Shown one piece after another: positions 13,799 to 25,751 of a stretch of 64,000 nucleotides of DNA. Origin of the DNA: Octopus vulgaris (Eukaryota); contig OX597814.1 of assembly GCA_951406725.2 (NCBI GenBank), forward strand, positions 2,852,001 to 2,916,000. Direction: 5' to 3'. The notes under the pieces were generated by a model. It ran no database searches. It saw nothing but the letters and a program-made list of their open reading frames with translations, and was not told where the DNA came from. The position numbers and the translations under genes were made by a program. Each line of letters starts with the position of its first letter. The first letter of the stretch is position 1.

Positions 13799-14172
13799 TT
13801 ACTCAAAGAAATTCCAACTTTGATTTTCACATTATATTTACAATCTTATAATAAAATATTATGAGATAATATAATATAATGAAATGGTAGAATATTAAAT
13901 GTCCATTCTAATTGAACTAGTACTTTCATGCATTAAACTATGCAATCTTCAGGTTCATGTAATAGTAGTGGTGACAGTTAGGTTTTACCATTTACAAAAG
14001 GTGTCACCACTGCTACATGAACTTGAAAAGTACTAGGTCAATCAGAATGCATGAAAGTACTAGGTCAATCAGAATGAACATTTAATATTCTACCATTTCA
14101 TTATATTATCTTATATTATATCATTATAAGATTGCAAATAAAACGTGAAAATCAAACTTGGAAATTGAGTAA
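13799..14172. mobile_element. Fold-back PLE-like element (about 170-bp inverted arms)
   Basis: 13799-13976 versus 14002-14172 are inverted. The right arm is rearranged, with tandem aaagtactaggtcaatcagaatg. Confidence 0.75.
13913..13957 (-). ncRNA. Minimal type I hammerhead ribozyme motif, canonical core, intact stems
   Basis: Minus strand reads tgaac-CTGAAGA-t-tgcat-agttta-atgca-t-GAAA-gtac-TA-gttca. Confidence 0.8.
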
Positions 14173-14176
14173 TATG

Positions 14177-14254
<78 letters not shown>

Positions 14255-14455
14255 CGTAAATATGTACATGCTTGTGTGTATGTATGTACGTTTGTGTGTA
14301 TGTGTGTGTGTGTATATAGAATGATAAGAACAGGTACTGTTAAAATAGTTTATTATTTTAACAGTGCAGGCAACATTTGTGAATCTCATTTAGATGTTTC
14401 ATCAGGTTGTCTCTCCTCCTCTGCCTCTCAGCATCAACTCATCCTTTTCCCATGA

Positions 14456-14493
<38 letters not shown>

Positions 14494-15499
14494 TCTCTCC
14501 CTCTCTTTCATTCAAGCACAAATACATTTCGTCACAACTGCTGAAACCGCTCTGTTGCAAATGTACTTTACCCCTGCTCTGTGATGAAATGTTAATAAGA
14601 AGTGAAGCCAGTGATCAGCTTTTAGAAGAAAACACAGATTCACAGGTTCAATTCTCGCTATCAACTTTATTTTCAATTGTTCATAAATATACGTCTTCTA
14701 TTTTCTATCTTCTTCGTCTCAGAGTCAATAGACTTCAGCAATGTTGGGACAGCGTTTTAAAGAGAATGGTCTAAATCGACCCCTGTACTGGTTTTACTGT
14801 GTCTTATACTTATGTCAACGATCTCTTTCGTCGCACCGCTAGCTTGCGGGGACTTAAACAAACCAACACTGGTTGTCACAGAGACTCTCGGTATAGATGC
14901 AGCAAAGAAATGATTTTTCTTCCATTTTACTTGATAAAAATAGATTAATTCTCAAACTAATAAATCACTGATTCATTTCTCAAATACGACATCCATTTGC
15001 AAAACAACATATAAATTAGTAATTAGCTCAAGTATGGGCCCCTATCCAGTGTCACGGAAAGGAGAGAACCTTCAAAGAAATCTGGAGTGGAGCCCCGAAG
15101 GTGGTTTAGTGTTCGACACTCTTCCGGCAGCTCCTGCAACCAAGCTGGTGCCAAACGTAATGCTCTGCACTCCTTTGGACTACATCAGCAAGGTCGAGTG
15201 AGGAATCCTGACGATTGGCCTACCCAGGATTTTCCAACATCTAGCCCAGGCCTGCGCAAAACTGGAGAGGACACTTCAGTGCTGGTGTAAAAAGTGGCAG
15301 AAAAAAACACAGGAGGTAGCAGTCACGGGTGATAAGTCCATTCAGATTGGTGTAAGATATGAATGAAAGAATCGCTAAATACAGCGGTCCACAAATTGAC
15401 AAATACAAGCTACGCCCCACCAAGAAATATTAATCAAGTATTTTGCACCCCGCCACCTCTTTATCACACACGTATATTTATACGTCACGGAATTCTTCA

Positions 15500-15660
15500 A
15501 ATTCTCCGTCTACCAAATCCACTCAAATGGCTTTGACGACGGAGTTATAGTAGAAGAGACTTGTTCAGGGTGCTGCTCAGTGGGTCTTGAACCCAAGACG
15601 GCAATAACTGGGCAGCAAACTTCTTGCCAATACAATCACGCATGGGCATAGCCACGCCTG
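15500..15660 (-). mobile_element. SINE family A 5' half, diverged
   Basis: ccgtctaccaaatccactca ... tatagtagaagagacttg ... cagtggg ... gaaccc. Confidence 0.6.
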
Positions 15661-15924
15661 TATATTTTGGTGGAGTGAAGGAGAGAGGATGTCAGTGTGA
15701 CGCTAATTGAGAATGAATTCGAGAAATAAGAGGAATGTGGTGCCTCGCGAAAATAGATATTTTTTTCAAGAATTACTCAAACATTCATATTTATTCGCAC
15801 GCATATGCTTGAACACACACACGCATACACACACACACAAAAACACACACACACACACTAACACACACACACACGGCGTATTTTAACCATTCTGCGAACT
15901 CGCCGCCTTAGATTATAGTAATTA

Positions 15925-17056
15925 TTTCTATTCTAGGCACAAGACCTTGAAAAGTTTTTGGGAAAGGAACTAGTCAATTATATTGACCCCATTGCATAAC
16001 TTGTACTTATTTAATCGACCCTGAAAGGATGAAAAGCGAAGTCGACCTCGGTGGAATTTGAACTCATAAGGTAAAGACAGACGAAATACCTATTTCTTTA
16101 CTACCCACAAGGGGCTACACACAGAGGGGACAAACAAGGACAGACAAACGGATTAAGTCGATTATATCGACCCCAGTGCGTAACTGGTACTTATTTAATC
16201 GACCCTGAAAGGATGAAAAGCGAAGTCGACCTCGGTGGAATTTGAACTCATAAGGTAAAGACAGACGAAATACCTACTTCTTTACTACCCACAAGGGGCT
16301 ACACACAGAGGGGACAAACAAGGACATACAAACGGATTAAGTCGATTATATCGACCCCAGTGCGTAACTGGTACTTATTTAATCGACCCCGAAAGGATGA
16401 AAAGCGAAGTCGACCTCGGTGGAATTTGAACTCATAAGGTAAAGACAGACGAAATACCTACTTCTTTACTATCCACAAGGGGCTACACACAGAGGGGACA
16501 AACAAGGACAGACAAACGGATTAAGTCGATTATATCGACCCCAGTGCATAACTGGTACTTATTTAATCGACCCCGAAAGGATGAAAAGCGAAGTCGACCT
16601 CGGTGGAATTTGAACTCAGAAGGTAAAGACAGATGAAATACCTACTTTCTTTACTATCCACAAGGGGCTACACACAGAGGGGACAAACAAGGACAGACAA
16701 ACGGATTAAGTCGATTATATCGACCCCAGTGCATAACTGGTACTTATTTAATCGACCCCGAAAGGATGAAAGGTAAAGTCGACCTCGGTGGAATTTGAAC
16801 TCAGAAGGTAAAGACAGATGAAATACCTATTTCTTTACTATCCACAAGGGGCTACACACAGAGGGGACAAACAAGGACAGACAAACGGATTAAGTCGATT
16901 ACACCGACCCCAGTGCATAACTGGTACTTATTTAATCGACCCCGAAAGGATGAAAAGCAAAGTCGACCTCGGCGGAATTTGAACTCAGAACGTAGCGGCA
17001 GACGAAATACCGCTAAGCATTTCGCCCAGCGCGCTAACGTTTCTGCCAGCTCGCTG
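15925..17056 (-). repeat. SINE family B tandem array: one head, five 184-185-bp units, terminal unit with the alternative tail
   Basis: Marker caaggggct at 16108, 16292, 16476, 16661 and 16845. Full head only at about 17000-17056. Confidence 0.92.
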
Positions 17057-17299
17057 CGTTAATATCAATAATAATAATAATTTCTACAGTAGGCCGAAAG
17101 CCTGACATTTTTGTGAGGGGCAAATCGATTAAAACGACCCAGGTCCTATCTGCAACAGAGCGTGTCCGATCTAACCCCTTAGTCCGCAATGCCCAGGCAA
17201 TGTACAACTGCATGCAAATTGGTTTTGTCGTTCTGCGGGCAGACTGGGCATGTGCTGCTGATGCAATTTGGCCGAATCTTTATTGTGTCCAACGAAATG

Positions 17300-17670
17300 C
17301 TTCATGGCATTTTGGCCGGCTCTGTAAGTTCTGAGTTCAAATTGCACTGGGATCAACTTTGCTTTTCATCCTTTCGGGGTCGATAAAATTAATTATTTGT
17401 CAAATATTGAGGGTCGACGATATAGTCTAACATCCATTCCCACGAAATTGCTAGCCTTTTGTCTAAATTTCTAGACAAACTCATTTGCGCGTCCAACAAA
17501 AGGCTTAGCAGCATTTCATCCGTCTTTACGTTCTGAGTTCAAATCCCGCTGATGTCCATATTGCATTGCATTCTTCAGGGCCGATAAAATGAGTAGCAAT
17601 CGACCGCTGTGGTTGGTGTAAGTGATTACACCCCTCGCCCCCCACCCCCCAAAAAAATTCAGGTTTTGTA
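17300..17670 (+). mobile_element. Two diverged SINE family B copies
   Basis: Cores at 17330-17390 and 17525-17600. Confidence 0.6.
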
Positions 17671-18064
17671 ATTTGGTGACCCTCCTCATTAATTTCATCA
17701 TCACCACCACCACCACCACCACCTTCAGCATCAACATCATCATCAAAATATTAATAATAATAATAATAATAATCATCATCCGTCATCGTCATTGTCGTCG
17801 CCGTGGTTGACGTCGTCATCCCGTTCGTCAATTTCATCATCATCGTTAACATTCTCAACACAATCATCATCATCATCGTTGTCATAGTCGTCGTCATCAT
17901 CATGATTATCATCGTCATCATCGTCCTTGGCGTCGCTCTCATCGCCGTTGTCATTACTTCTGTTGTCATCAATTTCTTCCTCGAATCGTCTTCTTCGGCG
18001 TCTACTCCATCATAGCTGATATGTCGATAAAAACAACAAAATGATTATCAATGAAAATGCAAGT

Positions 18065-18104
<40 letters not shown>

Positions 18105-18416
18105 ACAACAACAGCATCACCATAATCGTCATCATCGATAGCTGCTTTTTGTTGTGGCAGCAGTGAGTCTCTCAGAGAGGAGAATGTTATCAGTGTGATC
18201 AGAAGCCATCTTCATTCGCCGCCATTTTCTGTGTCCACTCGTCAGTGATATATGACTTGTCAAACCAACGAGAACAATAGCGACATGCACATGCCACCGT
18301 AGATAACTCCCTCTTTCTCCCTCTCTCTCCCTCCTCCTCCCCCCTCTCTCTCTGTTTCACTTTCTTCATATATATATACACATGTATACGTTCACACATG
18401 TGTGTGCATGCGCACA

Positions 18417-18470
<54 letters not shown>

Positions 18471-18602
18471 CATATATGTGTGAGTGCGGGCGTGTCTATA
18501 ATATATATATATATATGTACATACATACATACATACATACATACATACATACATACATACATACATACAACGAGAGAGAATGTAATAAATAGGCAAACAA
18601 GC

Positions 18603-18692
<90 letters not shown>
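18603..18692. repeat. (GATA)n microsatellite
   Basis: Direct reading. Confidence 0.95.
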
Positions 18693-18693
<1 letters not shown>

Positions 18694-19699
18694 AATATAC
18701 ATACTCACAAACGCACACACATACCTTTTGTCTTTAGCCCTTCCCGTTCTGTGCCGCACATTTTTTCCGGTTCTGCTCACTATTTCTTCCTTTCGGTTGC
18801 CATTTGCTTTCCACTGTGTCAGGTCTTTCTGTACGGTTAAAAAAAAAATTCTGTTTTTGTTCGTGCATCTTTACTATTCCGGCTTAGGCTTTTCTACTGC
18901 CTACGTGTCACATTGAGGGTTCGATCCCAGCACCCCTTTCATTAGATAACAGCCAACCACTTCAAACTTCTTGAGTTTACCATTACAACCTTTCTATTTT
19001 CCTGAAATAGTTCCACATTACTGATTCACTCCGTTTTCTGTACATTATGTGTACAACGCTGCAAAACCATTTTTTTATTTACGTTAATCTAGCTGCCATA
19101 TTTTACTAAAATGAACTCCATTTTGAATTGGAAGCCCGCATTGTCAAGTATTAACCAGATGCCGATTCATTTCAAACTGTTGGCAAATCTACCAAAAAAC
19201 TCCTCGGGATTTCCCAATTGTGAGTTTGACATCTTCCTTACTACCGCCATCCGCACCTGATCTACTTCATCGTTTATTATAAACGTTTTTCCTAACAACC
19301 AACTCCAGTTTCTTTTATAAAAATTAATATCCATGCCAACACGTAAACGCGTGCAACAAGATCGTTAATGTGACGTTTACGTTTCACGACAATGTCAGTG
19401 AGATGATTGCACTTTGACCCAAGGATGGATCCTGATTACTTTATGATTGAGCTTGCCTTACCATCGCAATAGCCTCGCAAAATGCAGATCCTTTAGCATG
19501 AAGCCATTGCCCCACATGAGACAGTGTCCTATTCAGTCCACCTGCCTCAATATATAAGAAATATATATTACGAGACTGAAGGGGAACAGAAACAAATCAT
19601 AACCATGCCTGACACTAGATTCAACAGCAAAACACGCTGTCGTCCCCTCATTAACATTTCCCCAACATTATACATAACCTTCATTACATCTTATGCTTT

Positions 19700-20040
19700 A
19701 TCATTTACTTGTTTCAGTCTTTGCAATGCGGCCATGCTGGGGCACCACCTAGAAGAGTTTTAAAGCTTTTTAAAGCTTGGGTTTTATTCTATCGGTGTCT
19801 TTAGCCGGACAGTAAATTGATAAGGATGTAAACACACCATCACCAGTCGTCTAGTGGCACTGGAGGACAAACACAGACACAAAAACACACACATATATAC
19901 GACGGGCTTCTTTCAGTTTCCGTCTACTAAATCCACTGAGAAGGCTTTAGTAGAAAACATTTACCCAAAGTGCAACACAGTGGGACTGAACCTGGAACCA
20001 TTTAGCTTGGAAGCAAACTGCTAACCACACAGCCATGTCT
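19700..20040 (-). mobile_element. SINE family A, diverged
   Basis: tttacttgtttcagtc ... gcggccatgctgg ... gacgggcttctttcagtttccgtc ... accacacagcc. Confidence 0.8.
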
Positions 20041-20616
20041 TCACCTTATTGGTTTTATAATGTCAGAGAATTTGATTGACGGAAACTGCGTGAAGTTAAA
20101 AGGATTCGTAAACGTTTGAGGATTTGGTTTTTCACAAATCATTTCTGTTTAAACTGCTAAAAGCTTTTTAAAAGCTGATGAAGTTAAGAGCTGCATTTCT
20201 ATTTGATGGCGATTTTATTTCTGTGTGGAAACGTAACTACGTCAGCGGTTCATTGTTTCTTTAAAGTGAACCCAAATTGTAGGCCTCTTAAAAATTTTAA
20301 TTGTCTGCCTCATCGTGCTGAACTCAATAACTGAAAGTAGCTTAGGATTATCAGCCATTTCTTCAATAAGATGGTACTGCGACAGGCCTTCGGTAGAAGT
20401 CTAATCTATTGTATGTAAATTGGTGAAAAGATACGTGAAATACTCCGTTTACGAGTTCTGATTATTTTCATTGTCTTTGATTAAATAATATCCATATTTG
20501 GAACAAAGAGGAGGGGAGTAGCTGATTGGTGAGTATGAAATTACTGCTTTAACAACAACAACAAAAAATTTTGGTTTGCAAGATTCTTTATATGAGTTCG
20601 TGTGTTGAAGCATGTT

Positions 20617-20858
20617 CTGTTGTGTCTGGGGAGAGTCATTTTCTCTTTGTGCCTTATATTGTAACACACTCACCGGTAAAATTTCCACTTATTTCTTATT
20701 TTTATTTTCCTAAAATTTTCGTTGCGTCTTGCAACCTTTTCAATACTATTGAAAAGGTTGCAAAACGAAAATGAAAATAAGAAATAAGTGGAAAGTTTAC
20801 CAGTGAGTGTGTTACAATATAAGGCACAAAAAGAAATTACTCTCCCCACACACAGCAG
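20617..20858. mobile_element. Fold-back PLE-like element (about 110-125-bp imperfect inverted arms)
   Basis: 20617-20743 versus 20748-20858 are inverted around caatactattg. Confidence 0.7.
20706..20743 (-). ncRNA. Minimal hammerhead motif, U3-A8 variant; stem I 5' strand missing at the inversion point
   Basis: Minus strand reads TTGAAAA-g-gttgc-aagac-gcaac-GAAA-attt-TA-ggaaa. Confidence 0.55.
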
Positions 20859-20862
20859 TATA

Positions 20863-21097
20863 TATGGGGCCCCAAAAGTAAATTTACAGTTCTCACATAG
20901 GCACTTTAAATTTCTTTTAAAACATTTTATTACATTTAAATTTCTGTCTTACAAACTCAAAAAGGAGCTTCACAAAATTAACTAAATTAGTATAGAATAA
21001 CGGTTTCATATCTTTTTTTAGTTAAGATCAAAACTGTTAACTTATGAATGCAAAAGAGATAGTTGAATAACTGTAAACCTACTTTTGGGCCACTCTG
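20863..21097. mobile_element. Non-autonomous Tc1/mariner-type MITE
   Basis: TIRs ggggccccaaaagtaaatttacagtt and aactgtaaacctacttttgggccactctg followed by TA. Confidence 0.7.
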
Positions 21098-21129
21098 TAC
21101 ATATATATATACTTTGTATGTATGTATAT

Positions 21130-21336
21130 GTGACCTCGTGTGTACCGTTGGCGATTTTTTTCTCTCTGTCTTCCCTTCTCGGGATCTTTTCTTCTCCTAT
21201 GTTTCCGACGAAGAGCTCCGCTCGAAACGTTAAGCCCTCCTTCTTTCCTTCTTTCCTGAGCGTCCAATAATACTATATTTGTTCCACGTCCTCGCGTTGT
21301 TGTGTTTTTTTGTGTTTTCTTGTTTGGATTAACCTT
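21130..21336 (+). mobile_element. PLE-like terminal fragment with hammerhead
   Basis: Contains 21201-21235 and ends at (TA)n. Confidence 0.55.
21201..21235 (+). ncRNA. Minimal hammerhead motif (U4C core variant)
   Basis: gttt-CCGACGA-a-gagc-tcc-gctc-GAAA-cg-TT-aagc. Confidence 0.6.
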
Positions 21337-21377
21337 ATATATATATATATTATATGTGTGTGTGTGTATGTGTGTAG

Positions 21378-21737
21378 TCTTTTACTCTTTTACTTGTTTG
21401 AATCATATGACTGCGACCGTGCTGGAGCACCGCCTTGAAGGATTATAATCGTACAAATCGACGCCAGGACTCATTGTTTGTAAGGCTTATATTTATTCTA
21501 TCGGTTTCTTTTGCCGCCCCGCTAGGTTACGGGGACGTAAATACACTAACGCCGGTTGTCACGTGATGGTGGGCGGGTGGGGGGACAAACACAGACTCAC
21601 ACACATGCATCCATATATATATATATATATACACATACATACGACGGGTTCCTTTCAGTTTCCGTCTACCAAAACCACTCACAAGGCTATGGTCGGCCCG
21701 AGGCTATAGTAGAGGACACTGGCCCAAGGTGCCACGC
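21378..21737 (-). mobile_element. SINE family A, 5'-truncated
   Basis: Tail (ttttactc)n, internal TA tract, ggtcggcccgaggctatagtag. Confidence 0.85.
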
Positions 21738-22003
21738 ATATATATATCATCGTACATCACACCAAGAAACTCGAAAGAGGGCAGCAATATCAAACTCTCA
21801 CCAAATGCCAATCGCATAAGAGTGACCAATGAAAAGGTTACCACACGCCAAGCCTGGCCACAGCCAAAGGAGTTGAAGCACATAAAAGAATAAAAGAATG
21901 TATGTTCTCACTTTCGTACACATTGCTCTCTCACACATACAAGTACACATAGACACTCACACAAACATACATATAAACAAGCACACACATACACACATCC
22001 ATA

Positions 22004-22867
22004 TGAGGGGGTACGCCTTAATAACCGGAAACATTCTCTGTGGGAAAAAGCCGTGTAGTTCAGGCCTCCACCGCTGGAGTCCACTTGATGTGACCCTTGG
22101 GCAGTCAGTCGACCGGCGTTATCCAGTTGGGTCATACTGGCACGTGGTGCGTTTTTCTTTTGCAGTTCTTCGATTTTTGCGATGGCTGAAACGTAGGAAC
22201 AGCGTACTTCTGTGAAACTCAGTTTTCTGCTGGAGAAAACGGCGACTGAAACAGTTGTCATGCTTCAAACAACCTACAATGATGTCGCCATGAGCAAAAC
22301 AGAAGTTTATGAGTGGTTTCTATGATTTAGGAATGGTCACTCGTCGCTTGAAGACCAGCCTCGTTGGCCTCCCGAACGAATGAAAACATCATGAAAATTC
22401 ATGAACTGATCTTGGAGGGCCGTTGCCGAACAATTGATGAACTTTGCTGATATGACTGATGTGTCCTGGGGCTTCTGCCAACGAATTTTGAGCGAGGAAT
22501 TCCGAATGAAAAGCATTGCAGCAAAATTTGTGCTTCGCTTGGTCACGGAAGATCAAAAGCAGTCACGAGTGAATGCATGTCGTGAACTGAAAGAACAGTT
22601 GGAAGTTGATCCGGACCTTTATTCGAAGATCATCACTGGTGATGGAAGCTGGTGCAAATGCAGAAGAGGTGAAGAAAAAATCAATGAAGGCGTTAAAAGG
22701 CATCACATCGCAAGAGTTCCAGCACTGCTTCGAACAGTGGAAAACTCGTCTGGATCGATATAGTTCTTCAAATGGAGAATAGTTTGAAGGTGATAAAAGT
22801 GTAAACGTGTAAAACTAAGTGAATAAAATAATATTGCAAAATTCCGGTTTCTTTTGGGTACCACTCA
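22004..22867 (+). mobile_element. mariner (DD34D) element with internal deletion
   Basis: TA-flanked TIRs tgagggggtacgccttaataaccggaa and ttccggtttcttttgggtaccactca. Translation VYEWF..F.NGH.SLEDQPR, AAKFVLRLVTEDQKQSRV, IITGDGSWC, then directly the C-terminal FQHCFEQWKTR. Confidence 0.88.
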
Positions 22868-22871
22868 TAAT

Positions 22872-22909
<38 letters not shown>

Positions 22910-23641
22910 ACACACACACATACACAGTTATGTCGTTACATACACACAGAATACATGCAAGTAGATATACAAACACATACATATATAAACATTACTTCAT
23001 CATATATGTTTACACTTGAACGTCTATTGCACAAACATACATAAATATATACTGCACACACACACACACATACAATACACATACAATACACATACAATAC
23101 ACACACACACATACACGCTTACACGCATGCATAGACATTCTCACGTACACAAATAGAACGTAAAACAGCGTTCAGCTGCTCATTTCAATTTTCAGCCTTC
23201 TTCATGTGTCTTGATACGTTGAACTAATATCGCCAGAATCAAGATACCAAATCTGATAGAATCTTAATGTAGAAAAAGGCAAAACATTCTTCTGATTGAC
23301 ACTAATTGTCATCTCAAGAATCTCTTCCTTATTCCTCCCTTTTCTATCACTCTCATTTCCTTATAAGATTCCATTTTGAATACAAAGAAACTGACAAACA
23401 AAGCGAGAGAAAAGCGGTGATCATGTAAATGTTTTCTCGTTGAAGAATATGTCCGCTTTAGTTATTTTGATTGCAATTTGGCACCATTTTGACAATTTAA
23501 CAAGCAAATGTATTTTTATGTGGGAATAGTTATTTTTAAAAAATGTTCTTTTTTTTTTAGCAGTTACTGATAAAACCCAAATTTATAACTATTTCTTCAG
23601 CACATGCGCATATGTAAATCATTATTTAAAAATACATATAC

Positions 23642-23784
<143 letters not shown>

Positions 23785-23814
23785 CTCTCTCTCTCTCTCT
23801 CTCTCTCTCCATAT

Positions 23815-23865
<51 letters not shown>

Positions 23866-23919
23866 ACACACATACATATAAGTATACACACACCAGTTTA
23901 ATACAAAAATTTCTACGTA

Positions 23920-24260
23920 AATGTACAAAAGGTTTAACGAGAAGTTTTCCAGAGAATTTAAGTGAAACCCTCTCTAAAAACTACCATAAGCGTCTGTAAC
24001 TTCCTCAATATTGGATTACATCTGAGCACTGTATAATATCAAGGAAGAAGATATGATATGAATATAAATTTTAATTATCCTTTTGGGATCGTACGAATAA
24101 CCCAGTCAACAAGATTATCCGCCGATCAAAAACCCTTCAGTTGAACAACACCTCATTATAATAATGCACTAAAACAAAGCGCCTTCCAATTAAAACCAAA
24201 ATACACAGAAAATATGGTTCAAGTCAAGTATAGGTATCTAAAACCGTCTAACATTGGTAA
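23920..24260 (+). mobile_element. Highly decayed PLE reverse-transcriptase remnant
   Basis: Fragments VCNFLNI (cf. VNFLDV) and YNNALKQSAF (cf. YNxALKxSGY); manual translation only. Confidence 0.35.
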
Positions 24261-25079
24261 ATAAATATGTCTGTCTTATACGGAACTGCCACGGCTTGTA
24301 GCCATCTAAGAAACTTAAATGTCAATTACGATTGCACGGGAACATCAGCACATACATTGATGTAATAAAATCTATCTCGCATATATTAAGATAAGTGAAA
24401 CCGTTCACCTGATATTAATTTCTATAATTTAAGACGCTTTCCTCAATGGACGTGACTAATTACCGACCTTAATTCAGAAATCCAGTGTATCTTCGTCCTA
24501 AGGTAGCCAGAAAATATAACACAGGTGTAATTTTACTCATTACACAGTGTCTTTCATGTCTAGAAATACATGAAACTCTACAGGATCATCCTAATGTATT
24601 TAGATCCTGGAGGAAATGAGAATTGATAACACCAATAAATCCTGATTGTTAAAGATGCACCCGCTCCTTACATCGGTTCAAAAAGATGTATCATGCTTCT
24701 GGCTGAAAAATATAACATATCTATGCGAAGTTTTGAGTGGAAGAACAAAGGTTTTGTTTCAAAATGGAGGTTATAAATGAATCTTTGAAATTGCTTTTCA
24801 TTCCATCCTACGATAAAGTTTCTCCAAATACATAGTTTTTTGTGGGGTTTTTTTTTTCAGAATGAATCCCCATATACATCTCCCTTGCTACCTCCTCCTC
24901 TGTTATATGTCGTCCGAAACCATATTTCTTGCAGTCTCCTCCAGCCTCTGCGTATTCTATCATTAATTAATTATTTTCCATTCAAGACATCTAATTGTCT
25001 CTTCCGTCTTCGTCGCCACCATCTTATAAAGTCTTTGCATTAACCATCTCTCTTTGTCACTTGATTCTTAATAATCTAC

Positions 25080-25740
25080 GTAAGCATCAAAAGCATCAAA
25101 AGCAGTGGAATTAACCTCGGATATTGTGGTAATTGTGACCAGCTCAGTATCCCTAAAATGATACTGATCCTTCGAAAGATATAAAACCATAGACCCTGGT
25201 CTCTCATGAAACATCTAAACTTCCACATAAACTCTCACAGCCCGTTGCTTGTCCCGTTCTTTTCCAAATTCTTTTCTCAAACCTTAAACACAAACAATAC
25301 TTACTTCCACAGTTCCCAAGTATTTGAAGAAATCATTCTGAAAACCAGCAAAATATGAACTTAGTTTCATTATCATTTCATTTGTAAAAACTTCACACCC
25401 CCCACCACCACCACCACATCCACCTCCATTTCTAAAAGCGTGCTACCTCCTCCACTTGAATGTTGCTCCCTAGAATATTGTTGTCCGCAGTAGCATCACT
25501 TCTAAAAATGTCTTTACACAACCCCCGTCCTATCAAGTCCTCACACGGCCCCCTCCGTAGGAATTTTGATAATAATTCATTTCTGCCGTCCTTCTGGAAT
25601 TTCAGCCGTTCTCCAGATGCAACACTTCTTAATACAATTCGTGTTATAATTTCATAAACCTTTACCAACTTGAGCGCGATTCCACCTTCATAATTCCTTA
25701 CTTAAAAAAGAAATTTTTATTGCACATTTCCAATTTCTTA
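25080..25740 (-). mobile_element. Highly decayed L1/Tx1-like ORF2 C-terminal remnant
   Basis: YEGGIALKLVKVY resembles the GGLGLP thumb motif; a possible C..C/H..C remnant near 25090-25140. Weak. Confidence 0.3.
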
Positions 25741-25751
25741 TGAAATTCTTC

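Noticed and set aside
15925-17056. CRISPR-like periodic array
   Set aside because: Units are whole near-identical SINE bodies with no unique spacers; eukaryotic context and no cas genes.
18930-19520. Possible decayed LINE endonuclease region (also 1340-1730 and 3830-4520)
   Set aside because: Only faint motif resemblance (for example DINFIKET) with many stops; needs a profile search before calling.
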